In this document: one piece after another, positions 38,293 to 47,444 of the stretch
How positions within the stretch are numbered: position 1 is the stretch's first letter
Layout: the number at the start of each line of letters is the position of its first letter
From: Minisyncoccota bacterium
GTDB lineage: Bacteria > Patescibacteriota > Minisyncoccia > Phycocordibacterales > Phycocordibacteraceae
Assembly (NCBI GenBank): GCA_022842945.1
Contig: JALHOO010000001.1
Span: forward strand, 93,830 to 157,829
DNA: 64,000 bases
Direction of reading: 5' to 3'
Notes under the pieces: generated by a model
Told to the model about the DNA's origin: nothing
The model's input: the letters and a program-made list of their open reading frames with translations, nothing else
Databases searched by the model: none
Made by a program: the position numbers and the translations under genes

Positions 38293-39168
38293 ATGGAACC
38301 AACCCCCGCACCAAGCAAAGCCCCAAAACTCCTCACCCTATTCATCATAGTATTCAGTGCATCTCTCCTGGCTACGAGCACCATCGCTCTGGGCGCCTTC
38401 TCTCTTATGGGAGACACATTTGAAGGCGGTACTGCTGCAGAGTCCTGGGCACCCGCTGCAGGGTGCAATGTTGTGGGTATTGCGGTACATGGCGACATCT
38501 CCATAACACCCTATAGCTACTCCCCGGAAGAATGCGTTGAAGGATGCCCGTCAGGTACGTATTCCGATGATGTGATTCAGTATCTACAGGCAGCCCGGGA
38601 AGATGACTCAATCCTCGGTATACTCCTCGACGTTAGTTCCTACGGAGGAGAGCCAGTTGCCGCAGAAGAGATTGCTGAAGCCGTAAAGAATACTGAGAAG
38701 CCCTCTGTAGCATGGATACGTACGTCAGGGACGTCAGCTGCGTACTGGATAGCGAGCGCTGCCGATACCATTATTGCGTCAGCAAACTCGGATGTGGGTG
38801 GTATTGGTATAACCATGTCCTATCTTGATAACGTCACGGCAAATGAGGACCAGGGACTAACCTACAACAGTCTTTCTTCAGGAAAATACAAAGACGCGGG
38901 GAGCCCGGACAGAATACTCACCGAAGAGGAGGCTGAGATCTTTAAGCGAGATCTTGCAATCATGCATGCAAACTTCATCAAGGCAGTGTCCATACACCGT
39001 TCTCTACCGATCGAGCAGGTAACGGTTATTGCAGACGGTTCAAGCATGCTTGGAGAAATGGCCAAGGAAAATGGACTCGTAGATAGTATTGGAGGCCAGA
39101 AAGAAGCATACGAGACACTCGCAGCAAAGATAGGCGAGGAGCCGGTGATTTGCTGGGGAGGTCTATAG
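38293..39168 (+). CDS. sppA: signal peptide peptidase SppA (36K type), with N-terminal signal/TM
   Basis: ClpP/crotonase-fold S49 peptidase motifs (GGEPVAAEE...SGTSAAYWIASA...SIGGQ). Confidence 0.8.
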   Translation: MEPTPAPSKAPKLLTLFIIVFSASLLATSTIALGAFSLMGDTFEGGTAAESWAPAAGCNVVGIAVHGDISITPYSYSPEECVEGCPSGTYSDDVIQYLQAAREDDSILGILLDVSSYGGEPVAAEEIAEAVKNTEKPSVAWIRTSGTSAAYWIASAADTIIASANSDVGGIGITMSYLDNVTANEDQGLTYNSLSSGKYKDAGSPDRILTEEEAEIFKRDLAIMHANFIKAVSIHRSLPIEQVTVIADGSSMLGEMAKENGLVDSIGGQKEAYETLAAKIGEEPVICWGGL

Positions 39169-39180
39169 TAGCCGACAGGC

Positions 39181-39218
39181 ATATAAGAAAATCGGCCGCC
39201 CTTGAAGAGGCGGCCGAT
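39181..39218 (-). terminator. terminator (minus-strand T-tract) shared by the convergent sppA and hypothetical genes
   Basis: ATCGGCCGCC-CTTGAAGA-GGCGGCCGAT, followed on the minus strand by TTTCTTAT. Confidence 0.5.
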
Positions 39219-39238
39219 GAAGTGTCTGTACGATTGTG

Positions 39239-39574
39239 CTACCGACCCATGAGCATGTTGTAGCCAACCGTTGCCTTCTCTCTGACGTAGGTTCCGTGGT
39301 CACCTTCGGCCTGAATGCCGTGTGCCACCGCCCTCATCAGACAATCGAATGCGCGTGCCTGGGGAATTGACGCCTGAGTGTCAGGCAGACTCAGGGTCAT
39401 CTGCATGGCGTGAGCCATGGCCGCGAGCCTGATGCGCCTCTTCTCAGGATCGGTATCCTGTTCCAGGTCGCGCACGTACTCATCACGAAGCCGTAACATT
39501 TCACGGCGATCAAGCGTTGTAGCCACTGTATATTCTCCAGCGAATGGTTCCACCTGTTTCCAGTATAGCACCAA
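39239..39574 (-). CDS. hypothetical protein (111 aa)
   Basis: ORF with its own terminator. Confidence 0.45.
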   Translation of the reverse strand: MVLYWKQVEPFAGEYTVATTLDRREMLRLRDEYVRDLEQDTDPEKRRIRLAAMAHAMQMTLSLPDTQASIPQARAFDCLMRAVAHGIQAEGDHGTYVREKATVGYNMLMGR

Positions 39575-39737
39575 TTTAGAAGAATGTCAAGTCTACACTA
39601 GAAAACCCGCCTTGTGGCGGGTGCTCTAGTGATGTTTGGGTACAGCTTACCTATAGCCGTGAGAGGGCGAACCCTCCAAACATCTCTGATAGCCTAAGAC
39701 GGAAGAGATTCTTTTGCAATGATGGGCAGAGAGTATA

Positions 39738-39768
39738 CAAAGAAAACCGGCCGCCCATTGGACGACCG
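39738..39768 (-). terminator. intrinsic terminator using G-U wobble pairs only on the minus transcript
   Basis: RNA CGGUCGUCC-AAU-GGGCGGCCG followed by GUUUUCUUUG. The 5' flank closely resembles the 39181 terminator (AAAAyCGGCCGCCC). Confidence 0.5.
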
Positions 39769-39779
39769 ATTGCTTCTTC

Positions 39780-40043
39780 TTAGCGCTTCCGCTCGCGGAC
39801 TTTCCGCTTGCCACACTTCTTCAGCTTCTTCCTGAGTCTGTTGCGCGCCCGGTCCTTCTTCCAGAACCGGTCGCCCTTCTGGTTGTGCAGGCGCTGCGTT
39901 GCCGCATGGATCTCATTCTCCCCAACGTAGTGAGTCACGTAGTTCTCCCTGTTGTGCTCTGCGCACACAGTGCCTTCTAAGCAGGTTTTAGTCAAATGAG
40001 TATAGTAGGGGAATGAACGGGGAGTATGAAGTACGAGAATCAA
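39780..40043 (-). CDS. small hypothetical protein with a Lys/Arg-rich C-terminal tail (87 aa)
   Basis: Strand-specific terminator directly downstream; the basic tail is RLRKKLKKCGKRKVRERKR. Confidence 0.4.
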   Translation of the reverse strand: MILVLHTPRSFPYYTHLTKTCLEGTVCAEHNRENYVTHYVGENEIHAATQRLHNQKGDRFWKKDRARNRLRKKLKKCGKRKVRERKR

Positions 40044-40582
40044 CCCGCGCCAAACGGCTCGGCCTAACCGTACACCCAGACGGAAGGGTAGTTATAACAA
40101 AGCCGGCGCGTACTTCTTTGAAGGCTATGGAGACGTTCGTAGAGAAGCACACACAGTGGATAGCAGACACACAAGAGAAGTTCAGAAAACGCCTTGAGCG
40201 CCAGAAGAAGAGCGGTATAGAGCTTGTTGCACTCCCACGTCCCCGCAAGGGATCAGCGATGTACAAGGAAGCACGTAAAGCTGCCCGCATACTGGTTACG
40301 GAACGACTCGAACACTTCAACCAAGCGTACGGCTTCCGGTACGGCACGCTATCCATACGAGACCAAAAGACCCGGTGGGGAAGCTGTTCAGCTGCGGGAA
40401 ACCTCTCCTTCAACTACCGCATCGTATTCCTTCCCACAGAGCTCCAGGACTACGTAGTTGTCCATGAGCTCTGTCACACCAAGGAGCATAACCACTCGGA
40501 GAAGTTCTGGGCACAGGTTGGGAGAACCCTCCCGAACCACACACAGCTTCGAAAGGAACTCCGTACGCGCTACAGCACTTAG
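40013..40582 (+). CDS. YgjP/DUF45-family (M48-like, SprT-like) zinc metallohydrolase
   Basis: HELCHTKEHNHS HExxH-type motif near the C-terminus, with the typical ~190-aa length. Confidence 0.8.
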   Translation: MNGEYEVRESTRAKRLGLTVHPDGRVVITKPARTSLKAMETFVEKHTQWIADTQEKFRKRLERQKKSGIELVALPRPRKGSAMYKEARKAARILVTERLEHFNQAYGFRYGTLSIRDQKTRWGSCSAAGNLSFNYRIVFLPTELQDYVVVHELCHTKEHNHSEKFWAQVGRTLPNHTQLRKELRTRYST

Positions 40583-40657
40583 TTGCTTTGTTCCTGTTTT
40601 GTACTATAATCCACCCACGTTCTTTCATGCAACAATAATCATCCTTGGGAGGGATAG

Positions 40658-41167
40658 ATGCACCAAACGTTCGCAGACCCCATACTGAACCCCCTTCAGG
40701 AGGGTGGCGGCATCATCCGTCTTTCGCACCTACCGACGCACTTCGATGATTGGAACCGCGCCATTGAGGCCGGGGCACCAGACACGAAGCCCGATTCTTC
40801 CGCGCGCGATATGTGGAAACTCTATCCACCCATCCCGCCCGTGCACGAGCCGCAGCGCTACATTCTTATGTGGGCAGGAGCGAAAAGCGTCACGTCGACG
40901 CACGCAGCACAGTGCTGGGGAAGACAGTATCAATTGATCGAGACCGATCCGTACGAAATCTTCGCTCTGTCTGCCTCGTTTCCGTGTCTGTATGAACGAT
41001 TCGGGATGCGGGGCGGGGGACTGGTTCCTACGCGCTCTGTGCCCTTCAAGACAGAGGCGTTCATCTGCGGACTCTGGCAGTCCCAGTCCGGCGAGCGCCG
41101 AGCAACGATGGTTAACCGGCTGATGAAGTTCCATGATCGGACTATCTTCATCTTCCGTGAAGCGTAA
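40658..41167 (+). CDS. hypothetical protein (169 aa)
   Basis: ORF followed by the terminator at 41178. Confidence 0.45.
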   Translation: MHQTFADPILNPLQEGGGIIRLSHLPTHFDDWNRAIEAGAPDTKPDSSARDMWKLYPPIPPVHEPQRYILMWAGAKSVTSTHAAQCWGRQYQLIETDPYEIFALSASFPCLYERFGMRGGGLVPTRSVPFKTEAFICGLWQSQSGERRATMVNRLMKFHDRTIFIFREA

Positions 41168-41177
41168 GTGATAGAAA

Positions 41178-41209
41178 GGGCCGTATGCACGAGCATACGG
41201 CCTTTATCC
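41178..41209 (+). terminator. intrinsic terminator
   Basis: GGCCGTATGC-ACGAG-CATACGGCC followed by TTTATCC. Confidence 0.5.
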
Positions 41210-41460
41210 TTATATAAAGTTCGTCCGCAACCTTGGGTCGCGGACGAGGTATGGTGGTTACGTTTGCGGTGGGTTATTCGATGGGCCCCCGGTCCAAAGG
41301 GGCAAAAGTGCCCGACCTCATCGTCTCGCGATCACGAAAGCAGTATGCGCGCATCTGATCCTCTGCTTCTCCTGCGAGACCATCCTTTCCGTTTCACCTT
41401 CCAACCCGGTATCCGGCTTCTCCTGTTACGGGACCTTCCTGCGGGACAGGAGTAGTATAC

Positions 41461-41494
41461 CAATCAAAAGGGCCGGCGATACATTCGCCGGCCC
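41461..41494 (-). terminator. terminator of the cold-shock gene
   Basis: GGGCCGGCGA-TACAT-TCGCCGGCCC followed by a minus-strand TTTTGATTG. Confidence 0.5.
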
Positions 41495-41503
41495 CTGTCG
41501 ATG

Positions 41504-41818
41504 TCAGACCGGAATGCCGAGTTTCTGGCACTCAATCCGCACCCAAATCTTGTCCCACGAGTCAGCAAAGCCCCAGGGTTTCGCGCGCGGCTGACCCTTG
41601 TCCATCCTGAGGTTGAAGAAGATTCTCTCGTTCAACTCCGGATGACGATGATACGCAGGACTTCTTCCTTCCGGCTCCGTGCCGTTGTCGAAGAATTCCA
41701 CCTGTTCATTCAGGTGAATGAACACATTGTCGAGGCCGAGCTCAGTGCAGGTGAGGAATCCGTATCCCTTTGCGGGGAAGTAGAGTCTCACGGTACCAAC
41801 GTACGTTTTATCCGCCAT
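41504..41818 (-). CDS. cold-shock domain protein with a C-terminal extension (104 aa)
   Basis: GTVRLYFPAKGYGFLT...NVFIHLN matches the CSD RNP motifs. The start is set at the Met of MADKTYVG, which leaves a divergent promoter region shared with the helicase gene. Confidence 0.75.
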   Translation of the reverse strand: MADKTYVGTVRLYFPAKGYGFLTCTELGLDNVFIHLNEQVEFFDNGTEPEGRSPAYHRHPELNERIFFNLRMDKGQPRAKPWGFADSWDKIWVRIECQKLGIPV

Positions 41819-41900
41819 CACACACTCCTGTTCAGGACGAAACTGTCCAAATATATTGTACAATATTCGCAATATAATGCAAATACCGTAGAATAGATAC

Positions 41901-44735
41901 ATGAAGAACGACACGGCATTCAATACGAGCTACGCGATGCTCGACAGCGCTCAGAAGCTTGCCGTAGACACGGTAGAAGGACCAGTGCTGGTTATCGCGG
42001 GACCGGGCACCGGAAAGACCCACATCCTCACGCTCCGCATCGCAAACATCCTCAAGGAGACTCAGGCAAATGCCTCACAAATCCTCGTCCTCACGTTCAC
42101 CGAGTCAGCGGCGAGAACCGTCCGCCAGCGCCTCGGTACACTCATTGGCGAGAAGACCGCCCGCGAGGTATTCATATCAACCTTCCATGGCTTCGCAAAC
42201 CACATCCTTGAAGAGTACGCAGACTTCTTCCCAGAGTGGGCCGGGAAGCGCCAAGCAGGAGACGTGGAGGCAACGCTTCTCTGGAGAGAGGTGCTTGAGA
42301 ACGAGGAGCTCGTACACCTGCGTACCCCGAAGTCTCCATTCTTCTACCTACGCGATCTTGCACGCCTGCGGGACGAGCTCGCTCGCGAGCGCATAACTCT
42401 CGACGACTACCGCGCCTGGGCAAAGGAAGAAGAGGACCGCCAGCGCAACGACGAGTCTAACTACTACACCCGCGACTCAAAGTACGGAAAGAAGGGAGAC
42501 CTGAAGCCAGACGGCGCAAAGAAGATTGCGCGTCTCGAGAAGGTATACGAAGCCGCACGACTCATAGAAGCGTATGACCGCCTTAAAGACGAGCATGATC
42601 TCTACGACTTCACCGATGTGCTTCGAATCGTAACGGACAGACTCGCTACAGACGAGGCACTGCGCACTACGCTCCAAGAGCAGTACCAGTACGTGCTTGC
42701 AGACGAGCACCAGGACGCAAACGCTCTCCAGCATGCATTCCTCGACAGCCTCGCCTATGACGAGCACCCGAACCTGTTTGTTGTGGGGGATGAGAAGCAG
42801 GCTATATTCCGCTTCCAGGGAGCTGACTCCTCGCACTTCGGCGAGTTCCTTGAGAACTACCCACGCACCACCGTTGTTGAACTCAAGACAAGCTACCGTT
42901 CCCTAGGACCCATCCTTGAGGCCGCACACAGCTTAACCAGTGGCATTCCTACAAGTCGTGGGGAACATCAGACCCTTTCGGCACACCGTGCTGAAGGAAC
43001 CGCACTCCTCAGTCTTCTGCCGGCAGAGGATCCACTCGCTGAGCGGGACCAGGTTAGCGGACTCGTTGAGACTGCTATTAAAGAAGGTGTACGTCCTGAA
43101 GAGATTGCTGTTATAGCTCGTACGAACGCAAACGCTGACGTGTTTGCGGATCATCTCGCCGCACGCAGTATCCCAACCCTTCGTGCAGGAGACGTGTCCC
43201 TCTCCTCGCGCCCTATAATCCGCTCGCTCCAGGCACTCATGCGTGCGGTTGCAGATCCTCTAGACGCGCCGTCTCTTCGAGAAAGCCTCCTTGCTCCGTG
43301 GTGGAGTGCGTCGCTTAAGGAACGGGCACAGTTCCTGCGTGAGACCAGGGACCGCGATCTTCAGACGCTTCTCAAGGAACGATTCCCAGAGATAGAGGAG
43401 GTGGTAGGTACTCTTCAAGAGTCTGTACAGAGACTCGCTCCTCTCGAACTCATATCAAAACTCCTCGAACTCTCAGGAGCGCGTAGCTTCCTTCTTTCGC
43501 ACAAGGAGCACCTCGACGACGTGCTTCTCATCCGTCGCCTCATCATGCACATCGAGGAGTTGGTGCGCCGCGACCCGAACGCCTCGTTCGCAACCGTTAT
43601 TCATGAGCTTAGGAAAGCGCAAGAGCATGGCCTTGAAAGCGTAAAGGCAAGCGTCCTCCAGAAGGAAGGTTTCGTTACGGTTATAACCGCACACAAAGCA
43701 AAGGGTATGGAGTTCGAGCGGGTGTTCCTCGTATCCGCTACAAGCCGCGAGTGGGAGAGCGGAGGACGCTCAGCAACCATACCGTCTCCGCTTGCGCAGA
43801 AGGCACAGGCAGAGGACGCCGTGAAGCTGTTCTATGTAGCGCTCACACGTGCAAAGAACGCCCTCACTATTTCATACGCGACACAGACCGGAGAAGGAAA
43901 GGACCTCTCTCCTTCATCTCTCATTCCAGACGGACTGAACGTTATCACACCAGACGTTGATCTGCTCCCACTCATGCACTCAACGGTAGACGCGTCAGAG
44001 CTGGTCCGCGACCTTACCCGCCACTACCTCACCCATGACGGTCTCTCTCCGTCTGCACTTAACGAGTATCTAGAATCGCCTGCAACCTTCTTCGCCAAGC
44101 GCGTGCTAAAGCTCAGAGAACCAGAAGTCCCGGCCCTAACTATAGGAACCGCCGTACATGCTGGTATCGCATCCTTCCTTGAAGAGAAGAACGAAGAGAA
44201 AGCGTTCCAGGTGCTCGATACAACCATGCGCCGTTCGCTTCTTCCAAGGAACTCAGCCTTTGATCGCATCACGGAACACGCCAGAGAGAGTCTTGCAGCA
44301 TACATTGCATATCGCACCGAGCCCGGAACACTTCTTGCTCCTTCCGCTATTGAGGAGGAATACGAGACCAAACGTGTTGTGAGTGGATGCACGGTACGCT
44401 TGAAGGGACAGATAGACGCCCTGTTTGAAACCTCTCTAGGTATCTGCATCGCCGACTTCAAGACCACGAGTGAGGTGAAGGCGGTAGACGAGAAGTATGT
44501 GCGCCAGCTCGCGTTCTACGACCTTCTGGTCCGCGAGAACGGCGGCAACCCCACAAACGCCGCTATCGTGCAGGTTGGTCCAGACGGTGTAAAAGACCAT
44601 GCCGTACCCCTAACGGAAGAGTCCCGTGCTGAACTCGTAGCGGTGCTCGACGAAGTATTAAACGAGCTTCTAAGCGGGAAGTGGAGAGAGGGAACCGCGG
44701 GAGAATACGACGATCTCCTCAAGCTCTTCGCATAA
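41901..44735 (+). CDS. UvrD/PcrA-family helicase fused to a C-terminal RecB-family PD-(D/E)xK nuclease domain (AddA-like, 944 aa)
   Basis: Walker A AGPGTGKTH and DEHQD motif II. C-terminal IDALFE...IADFKT...YVRQLAFY nuclease motifs. Confidence 0.85.
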   Translation: MKNDTAFNTSYAMLDSAQKLAVDTVEGPVLVIAGPGTGKTHILTLRIANILKETQANASQILVLTFTESAARTVRQRLGTLIGEKTAREVFISTFHGFANHILEEYADFFPEWAGKRQAGDVEATLLWREVLENEELVHLRTPKSPFFYLRDLARLRDELARERITLDDYRAWAKEEEDRQRNDESNYYTRDSKYGKKGDLKPDGAKKIARLEKVYEAARLIEAYDRLKDEHDLYDFTDVLRIVTDRLATDEALRTTLQEQYQYVLADEHQDANALQHAFLDSLAYDEHPNLFVVGDEKQAIFRFQGADSSHFGEFLENYPRTTVVELKTSYRSLGPILEAAHSLTSGIPTSRGEHQTLSAHRAEGTALLSLLPAEDPLAERDQVSGLVETAIKEGVRPEEIAVIARTNANADVFADHLAARSIPTLRAGDVSLSSRPIIRSLQALMRAVADPLDAPSLRESLLAPWWSASLKERAQFLRETRDRDLQTLLKERFPEIEEVVGTLQESVQRLAPLELISKLLELSGARSFLLSHKEHLDDVLLIRRLIMHIEELVRRDPNASFATVIHELRKAQEHGLESVKASVLQKEGFVTVITAHKAKGMEFERVFLVSATSREWESGGRSATIPSPLAQKAQAEDAVKLFYVALTRAKNALTISYATQTGEGKDLSPSSLIPDGLNVITPDVDLLPLMHSTVDASELVRDLTRHYLTHDGLSPSALNEYLESPATFFAKRVLKLREPEVPALTIGTAVHAGIASFLEEKNEEKAFQVLDTTMRRSLLPRNSAFDRITEHARESLAAYIAYRTEPGTLLAPSAIEEEYETKRVVSGCTVRLKGQIDALFETSLGICIADFKTTSEVKAVDEKYVRQLAFYDLLVRENGGNPTNAAIVQVGPDGVKDHAVPLTEESRAELVAVLDEVLNELLSGKWREGTAGEYDDLLKLFA

Positions 44736-44789
44736 GTTGACAATATACACGTAGAGTGCTATATTAATAGCCGGTCTTTGTAAAAGGGT

Positions 44790-45053
44790 TTGGTGATGCG
44801 TGAAGCGCTGGAAGCGAAACAACGGTCCGTAAGGACCATACTCGTATCCCGCGAACGCCTTCCGGGATACGTCACACTCAAGTTGAAAAGGGTCATGCCG
44901 CAATTACAACGGGCAATTCAAAAATTGACTGAAGCCAGCTACGGCTTCTGCGACGATTGTGACGACACTATTCCTGATAAACGGCTTAAAGCCGTTCCTG
45001 GTGCCACGCGCTGCGTGACGTGCCAAACCCTATCTGAAAGGAGAAAACATTAA
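44790..45053 (+). CDS. DksA/TraR-family C4 zinc-finger protein
   Basis: CDDCDD...CVTC four-Cys finger at the C-terminus; 87 aa. Confidence 0.7.
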   Translation: MVMREALEAKQRSVRTILVSRERLPGYVTLKLKRVMPQLQRAIQKLTEASYGFCDDCDDTIPDKRLKAVPGATRCVTCQTLSERRKH

Positions 45054-45709
45054 GCCGCCATCGCAAGATCGGCGGCTTTTTCCTTTGATAAGAATCCTCT
45101 ATATATAAATGCCGGGGACTTCTTTCCCTCCTGCTCCCATTCCCACAGAAGGTCCTTCTCTGTCTCTGTCATATGCGCCTCAGGAAAGTTTCGAATAGGT
45201 ATACGAACGGTAACGAAGCGTATGGCTTCCTTTGGAACAAACCCTGCGCCGCTTCTCACGCGACTTCGCTCTATACCTCCGAATATATGAGTGGATTCAG
45301 GATACTGCTCAAGATAAAAATCATCTGGCTTTTCGAAGCCATAAACGGTAACGATACCGTCCTTATGGCCGTATCCCTCTAGGAATGCATTATCAATACC
45401 TCTGGTGCCGTCCGCTCTTGGGTTCCATACTACCGAGTTTGCGTACGGAAGATTACCCACAAACTGGATTTGTAGTGGCTCGCCCGTGGAGAGTACGCGC
45501 ATAAGCTGCTCAGGGTTCTCGCGACGCACTACGAGGGTTTCCGAAGGTAGTTCACGGTACATGCTCGTAATATCGGTGTACTCATCAAACTCACCACAGT
45601 GTCGTATCTCATTGAGCACCTGCTCTGCAGCTTCAAGTCCCGGTTTCAAAGACTCAGGACTGAACGAATCATCCTTCCTATTCGGAGTTGGGTACTGCTC
45701 TAGACCCAT
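45050..45709 (-). CDS. hypothetical protein (219 aa)
   Basis: ORF beginning 4 nt from the DsbA-like gene end; apparent operon. Confidence 0.5.
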   Translation of the reverse strand: MGLEQYPTPNRKDDSFSPESLKPGLEAAEQVLNEIRHCGEFDEYTDITSMYRELPSETLVVRRENPEQLMRVLSTGEPLQIQFVGNLPYANSVVWNPRADGTRGIDNAFLEGYGHKDGIVTVYGFEKPDDFYLEQYPESTHIFGGIERSRVRSGAGFVPKEAIRFVTVRIPIRNFPEAHMTETEKDLLWEWEQEGKKSPAFIYRGFLSKEKAADLAMAA

Positions 45710-45712
45710 ACG

Positions 45713-46426
45713 TTAGCGTGTCTTCGCAAGCGCCTCGTTAATAACCCGCTTCATATCCTCGTACGGAAGCGCACCCTGTATACCAACAGGTTCCTGTCCC
45801 TCAACCAGTACAACGGTATAGGGCGCACCCTCAGCACCCGCCTCCATAGCGTTGGTGCTGTCGTCATAGACCTTCTTGGTAAAGCGGCCGTTCTGTAGAC
45901 AGGTCTCAAACTCAGCCTGCGGAAGTCCAAGCTGTGCGGCTACGCTTGCATAGCCTTCAATAGGGAACTGGCTCTCTCCAGGAGCGGCAGACTGAAGTGC
46001 ATCAATAAAGCGCCAGAACGCATCATCGTCTCCAAGGAATCCAGCGCACTCAGCTGCTTCAGCATGAGAGGCAGCGGCCGCATGCTGGTCTAGAAGCGGG
46101 AAGTGGCGGTATACCCACGCAACCTCGCCTCCTGCAGCGTACTCGCTCATAAGCTGCTGCATGGTTGCCTGGAACTGCTTGCTGTATTCAGAGTCTATGT
46201 CCGCGTACTCAACCAGCTTTACCTTAGCTTCTGGGTTTCCAATGATACGGTCTACGGGACTAACCGGACGGGTCATTTCAGGGGTACCAGCGCCAAGCTT
46301 TGGTGTAGCCTCAGTACGAATCATAAAGATCGCAAACGAGAGGATAAGTCCGGCAAGAATAATAGCGCCCGGGAGGAAGTAATCGTGACGTAGTTTCTGG
46401 GTGTCCATGGAAAAATGATAGCACAA
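45713..46426 (-). CDS. DsbA-like thioredoxin-fold protein with an N-terminal TM helix; the CxxC motif appears replaced (SEYS)
   Basis: GNPEAKVKLVEYADIDSEYSKQF aligns with the DsbA/BdbD active-site region (..CPxC..), but both Cys are absent. Confidence 0.65.
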   Translation of the reverse strand: MCYHFSMDTQKLRHDYFLPGAIILAGLILSFAIFMIRTEATPKLGAGTPEMTRPVSPVDRIIGNPEAKVKLVEYADIDSEYSKQFQATMQQLMSEYAAGGEVAWVYRHFPLLDQHAAAASHAEAAECAGFLGDDDAFWRFIDALQSAAPGESQFPIEGYASVAAQLGLPQAEFETCLQNGRFTKKVYDDSTNAMEAGAEGAPYTVVLVEGQEPVGIQGALPYEDMKRVINEALAKTR

Positions 46427-46470
46427 GGAGTAATGAGGAACCCCGCGCCATTGCGGACGCGGGGTTTTCT

Positions 46471-46863
46471 TCAGGAAACAAGGGCGACTGGCGGTAAATC
46501 CGCGTGGACGGCGTCCTTCTTGCTGTCTTTCACGATAGCCTTTTTCACCATTGTGGTGTCAGTGATCATGTCACTGACTTCGCGCAGGAGTTTCGCAATT
46601 GCCTCATCGTTGTAGCGGATTCGGACCGGCACCCGATAGAGAGTACACAACATTTGCGAATCGTCCTCCACAAGGGCAACTTCTGCGTTCTTGGAAAACT
46701 GGTGTGTACTGATGTCGAACTGGTTGAGCAGTCGTTTCTTCATCGTCTCAATATCTGAAGGCAACGCAAACCCGTACAGAGTAATCACTGCGAACATGAT
46801 AGCCCCCTCAAAGGTCCAATTGGATACCTGCCATGAAAATAGCACGAAAACCCCAAAAAGCAA
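46471..46863 (-). CDS. hypothetical membrane-anchored protein (130 aa)
   Basis: N-terminal hydrophobic segment; abuts the exonuclease gene. Confidence 0.4.
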   Translation of the reverse strand: MLFGVFVLFSWQVSNWTFEGAIMFAVITLYGFALPSDIETMKKRLLNQFDISTHQFSKNAEVALVEDDSQMLCTLYRVPVRIRYNDEAIAKLLREVSDMITDTTMVKKAIVKDSKKDAVHADLPPVALVS

Positions 46864-47442
46864 CTACAGCCCCAACGTATGCGTAAACGCAGAAGGCTCG
46901 GGCTCAATCTGCCACTTCGACGTATCAATCTTGATGTCTCGGATATCCTTCAGGTCTTTGTACTTCAGGCTGCCCTTGGTTAAAGCTCTGTCGTACAGGT
47001 CACGCGTTATCTTCACGTCCTGAATACAGTACTCTCGCACCTTCTCGTACAGTCCCTCATTCCACCACTTAACCGACTCCAGTCCGTTCCCGCTCTTTCC
47101 AATCTTGAGCGTTGCCTCAGCTAAAGACTGAAGGCGTATACGGCGTCCGAGTACCTTCTGCACCTCAACCATAAGGTCTATGGAGCGGATCTTTGTTAAA
47201 TCTCCCGGATAGTACTTATTCAAAAGAGGAACATCGAACGAGTCTGAGTTGTATCCAATGAGGGTGTCGGCCTTCTCAAGAATAGGCCAGAGCTTTGGGA
47301 GCTCGCTCTGATCATAGGAGGAATACTCTCCAGTCTCGGAGTCATGTATCGCTACAACCGCAAGATCAAGACGCGTAACGTCTTGCCGGGCAAGAGAGGG
47401 AAGAATGTTTGAGGTCTCGATGTCGAACGTTATCTCACGCAT
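46864..47442 (-). CDS. DEDD-family 3'-5' exonuclease
   Basis: Exo I FDIET, Exo II YNSDSFDVPLL, Exo III YCIQDVKITRDLY. Confidence 0.65.
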   Translation of the reverse strand: MREITFDIETSNILPSLARQDVTRLDLAVVAIHDSETGEYSSYDQSELPKLWPILEKADTLIGYNSDSFDVPLLNKYYPGDLTKIRSIDLMVEVQKVLGRRIRLQSLAEATLKIGKSGNGLESVKWWNEGLYEKVREYCIQDVKITRDLYDRALTKGSLKYKDLKDIRDIKIDTSKWQIEPEPSAFTHTLGL

Positions 47443-47444
47443 GT

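Noticed and set aside
41168-41455. 95-aa ORF between the 40658 gene terminator and the csp terminator
   Set aside because: Trp/Arg-rich odd composition with no RBS. The region is better explained as two convergent terminators and spacer.
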